A stretch of DNA of 58,696 nt from an uncultured Methanosarcinales archaeon. GTDB lineage: Archaea; Nanobdellota; Nanobdellia; Woesearchaeales; CAYZNE01. A program made the translations under genes and the position numbers. Within the stretch, counting starts at the first letter, position 1. Each line of letters starts with the position of its first letter. Below the pieces are notes generated by a model, which had not been told where the DNA came from, did no database searches, and was given only the letters and a program-made list of their open reading frames with translations. Shown here one piece after another: positions 57,053 through 58,696 of the stretch. The stretch is taken from the NCBI GenBank assembly GCA_964405295.1, contig CAYONI010000003.1, forward strand, positions 69,159-127,854. Reading direction: 5' to 3'.

Positions 57053-57628
57053 TTACCTCTTAATAATCTTTTCTTCATCAACAAGATGAACCAATGTAGA
57101 AGGACGTGACTTTTTGTTTCCAATAGAAATAATCAAATCGACATATTTTTTTAATCTTGGATCAAGATCGTCAATTGAGGTTATAAAGTTTCCACCTGAA
57201 ACATTTGCACTTGTCGTAACCATAGGAAAATTTAATTTTTTAACAACAGCTGTAAACCAATGATTAGGAAGTCTAACTCCTATAGAATTATCTTTTTTAT
57301 TATAAACTGAACTTGAAACCGCCTTTTTATTTTTTAATTTTAAAATTAAAGTATAAGGACCTGGAAGTTTTTTCAGCCATTCTTTGGCTTTTTTATCAAT
57401 AACACAATTATTTATTATCCAATCTTTTGATGGAGCAATAACACTAAAAGGCTGCTTACTTTTTTTTACTTTTCTCAACTTTTTAACAGCACGATTATTA
57501 AGTGCATTACAAGATAAACCATAAATTGTATCAACAGGAACAATATATATCCCTTTAGTTAGTTTATTAGAATAAGCATCAATGTTTGAAAGTAATTCAT
57601 TTTTCCTAATTGTATTTATTGGAATCAT
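57053..57628 (-). CDS. tsaC: Threonylcarbamoyl-AMP synthase (YrdC/TsaC single-domain type)
   Basis: P.DTIYGL, PGPYTLIL, GVRLP, TTSANVSG, PST. Confidence 0.9.
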   Translation of the reverse strand: MIPINTIRKNELLSNIDAYSNKLTKGIYIVPVDTIYGLSCNALNNRAVKKLRKVKKSKQPFSVIAPSKDWIINNCVIDKKAKEWLKKLPGPYTLILKLKNKKAVSSSVYNKKDNSIGVRLPNHWFTAVVKKLNFPMVTTSANVSGGNFITSIDDLDPRLKKYVDLIISIGNKKSRPSTLVHLVDEEKIIKR

Positions 57629-57689
57629 ATTAATATAAAGAACACAAGGTTATTTAAAAATTTAATGTAGTGATTTAGCTTTAAAAGAC

Positions 57690-58124
57690 TTAACAAGACA
57701 CTAAGAATATAGATTCTATCTTTTTACTTGTACAAACAAGCTCATCAATTCCAGAAATAACTATTGGAATAATCTCAAAATCAACTGAATCAAACTCTTG
57801 TTTTTGAATTTTGAATACTTTGCTTTCAGAACTCGCTATCATGCTACCAGGAATTCTATAATTAATCATTGAACCTGAATTATCTTTTAATAATACTGAA
57901 CTTATATCTGCAGGAGCATTATTTTGTAATGAAATTACTATTTCAGTATCACTGGTACAAGAACTTAGAAGCTCTAAATCAACTGATGAGCAACTAGCAG
58001 GTAAACTTATGCCTGATGTAGAAGAAGTCCAATTCATAATTAAAGCACCAATAGATACTGCAAAAGCAACTAAAAGAATTGTAGCTACTAAAGGAGATAT
58101 TGCTTTTTTATTATTAAAGACCAT
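57690..58124 (-). CDS. Archaeal type IV pilin-like protein
   Basis: KKA-ISPLVATILLVAFAV class III signal peptide. Confidence 0.88.
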   Translation of the reverse strand: MVFNNKKAISPLVATILLVAFAVSIGALIMNWTSSTSGISLPASCSSVDLELLSSCTSDTEIVISLQNNAPADISSVLLKDNSGSMINYRIPGSMIASSESKVFKIQKQEFDSVDFEIIPIVISGIDELVCTSKKIESIFLVSC

Positions 58125-58156
58125 ATTACAATCTTACACTTGCTTGTTTTTAAAGA

Positions 58157-58696
58157 TTATTGTTTTTCTGCAATAAATAAGGTTACTTCAACATCCTTAA
58201 TTTCCTCACTATGATAAGAATATGTTTTAGGAATAGGAAATAAAAATTCTTTTTTGTATATTATTTCAAATTGACCATCTTTAAAAACACCACATATAAA
58301 TTTTTTGGATGCAGTTTTATGCATTGAAACTACCTTATTTGAAAGCTTAATGGCTTTTTTTAGGAAAACAACATCCAGCTTTTTATTATTATCAGTTGTT
58401 CCAAAGGGAGGGTTTAATACACAAACATCAATATCAGAAAATTCTGATTTTCTGATTAAAGAAATATCTTTACTAAAAAAGGCAGCAGAACCTAGATTTG
58501 AACTCATATTGTTATAATTTTTTTCAGCAATAGATACTAAGTTTTTATCAACATCAAAAAAATAAACTTTTTTTGCACCCATTAATAATGCAGTCAACCC
58601 TAAAACTCCATTGCCACAACCAAGATCTGCAACAACTTTATCTTTTAGATCAATTTTAGTTAAGAATTTTAGTGCTATTTTTGGTGAAGTAGAATA
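58157..58696 (-). CDS. METTL5-like SAM-dependent methyltransferase (5'-truncated at window edge)
   Basis: Frame extends to the window end: YSTS...VADLGCGNGVLG, FDVD, LNPPFG. Confidence 0.88.
   Translation of the reverse strand, partial: YSTSPKIALKFLTKIDLKDKVVADLGCGNGVLGLTALLMGAKKVYFFDVDKNLVSIAEKNYNNMSSNLGSAAFFSKDISLIRKSEFSDIDVCVLNPPFGTTDNNKKLDVVFLKKAIKLSNKVVSMHKTASKKFICGVFKDGQFEIIYKKEFLFPIPKTYSYHSEEIKDVEVTLFIAEKQ

Overview
AT-rich archaeal chromosome segment, most likely a DPANN/Nanobdellota (Woesearchaeota-like) organism. This is inferred from a fused PriS-PriL primase, archaeal ribosomal and exosome genes, TATA promoters with GGTGA ribosome-binding sites, and class III signal-peptide surface proteins. 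It is mostly housekeeping: the S10-spc ribosomal superoperon (1-11.7 kb, minus strand), three tRNAs (Lys-CTT, intron-containing Met-CAT, Ser-TGA), eS19-eL39-eL31, LonB, SRP54, Dph6, LemA-HtpX, primase, pelota, an nrdR-nrdD-nrdG anaerobic ribonucleotide reductase operon, the RNase P/proteasome/exosome cluster, a giant Cys-rich surface protein operon and slyD-ftsZ-secE-spt5. No transposase, integrase or CRISPR array was seen. Most notable: (1) a 100-bp tandem repeat built from the tRNA-Ser 3' end plus a 69-bp all-hairpin element; (2) two bacterial-type NrdR boxes 31 bp apart just downstream of an archaeal TATA box; (3) long structured leaders upstream of rpl3 and of a SurA/parvulin gene; (4) an orphan, possibly J-domain-like ORF inside the ribosomal operon; (5) a stand-alone HPF/RaiA-like protein; (6) several apparent pseudo-enzymes. 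All calls come from reading the sequence by eye; no database searches or folding programs were run.
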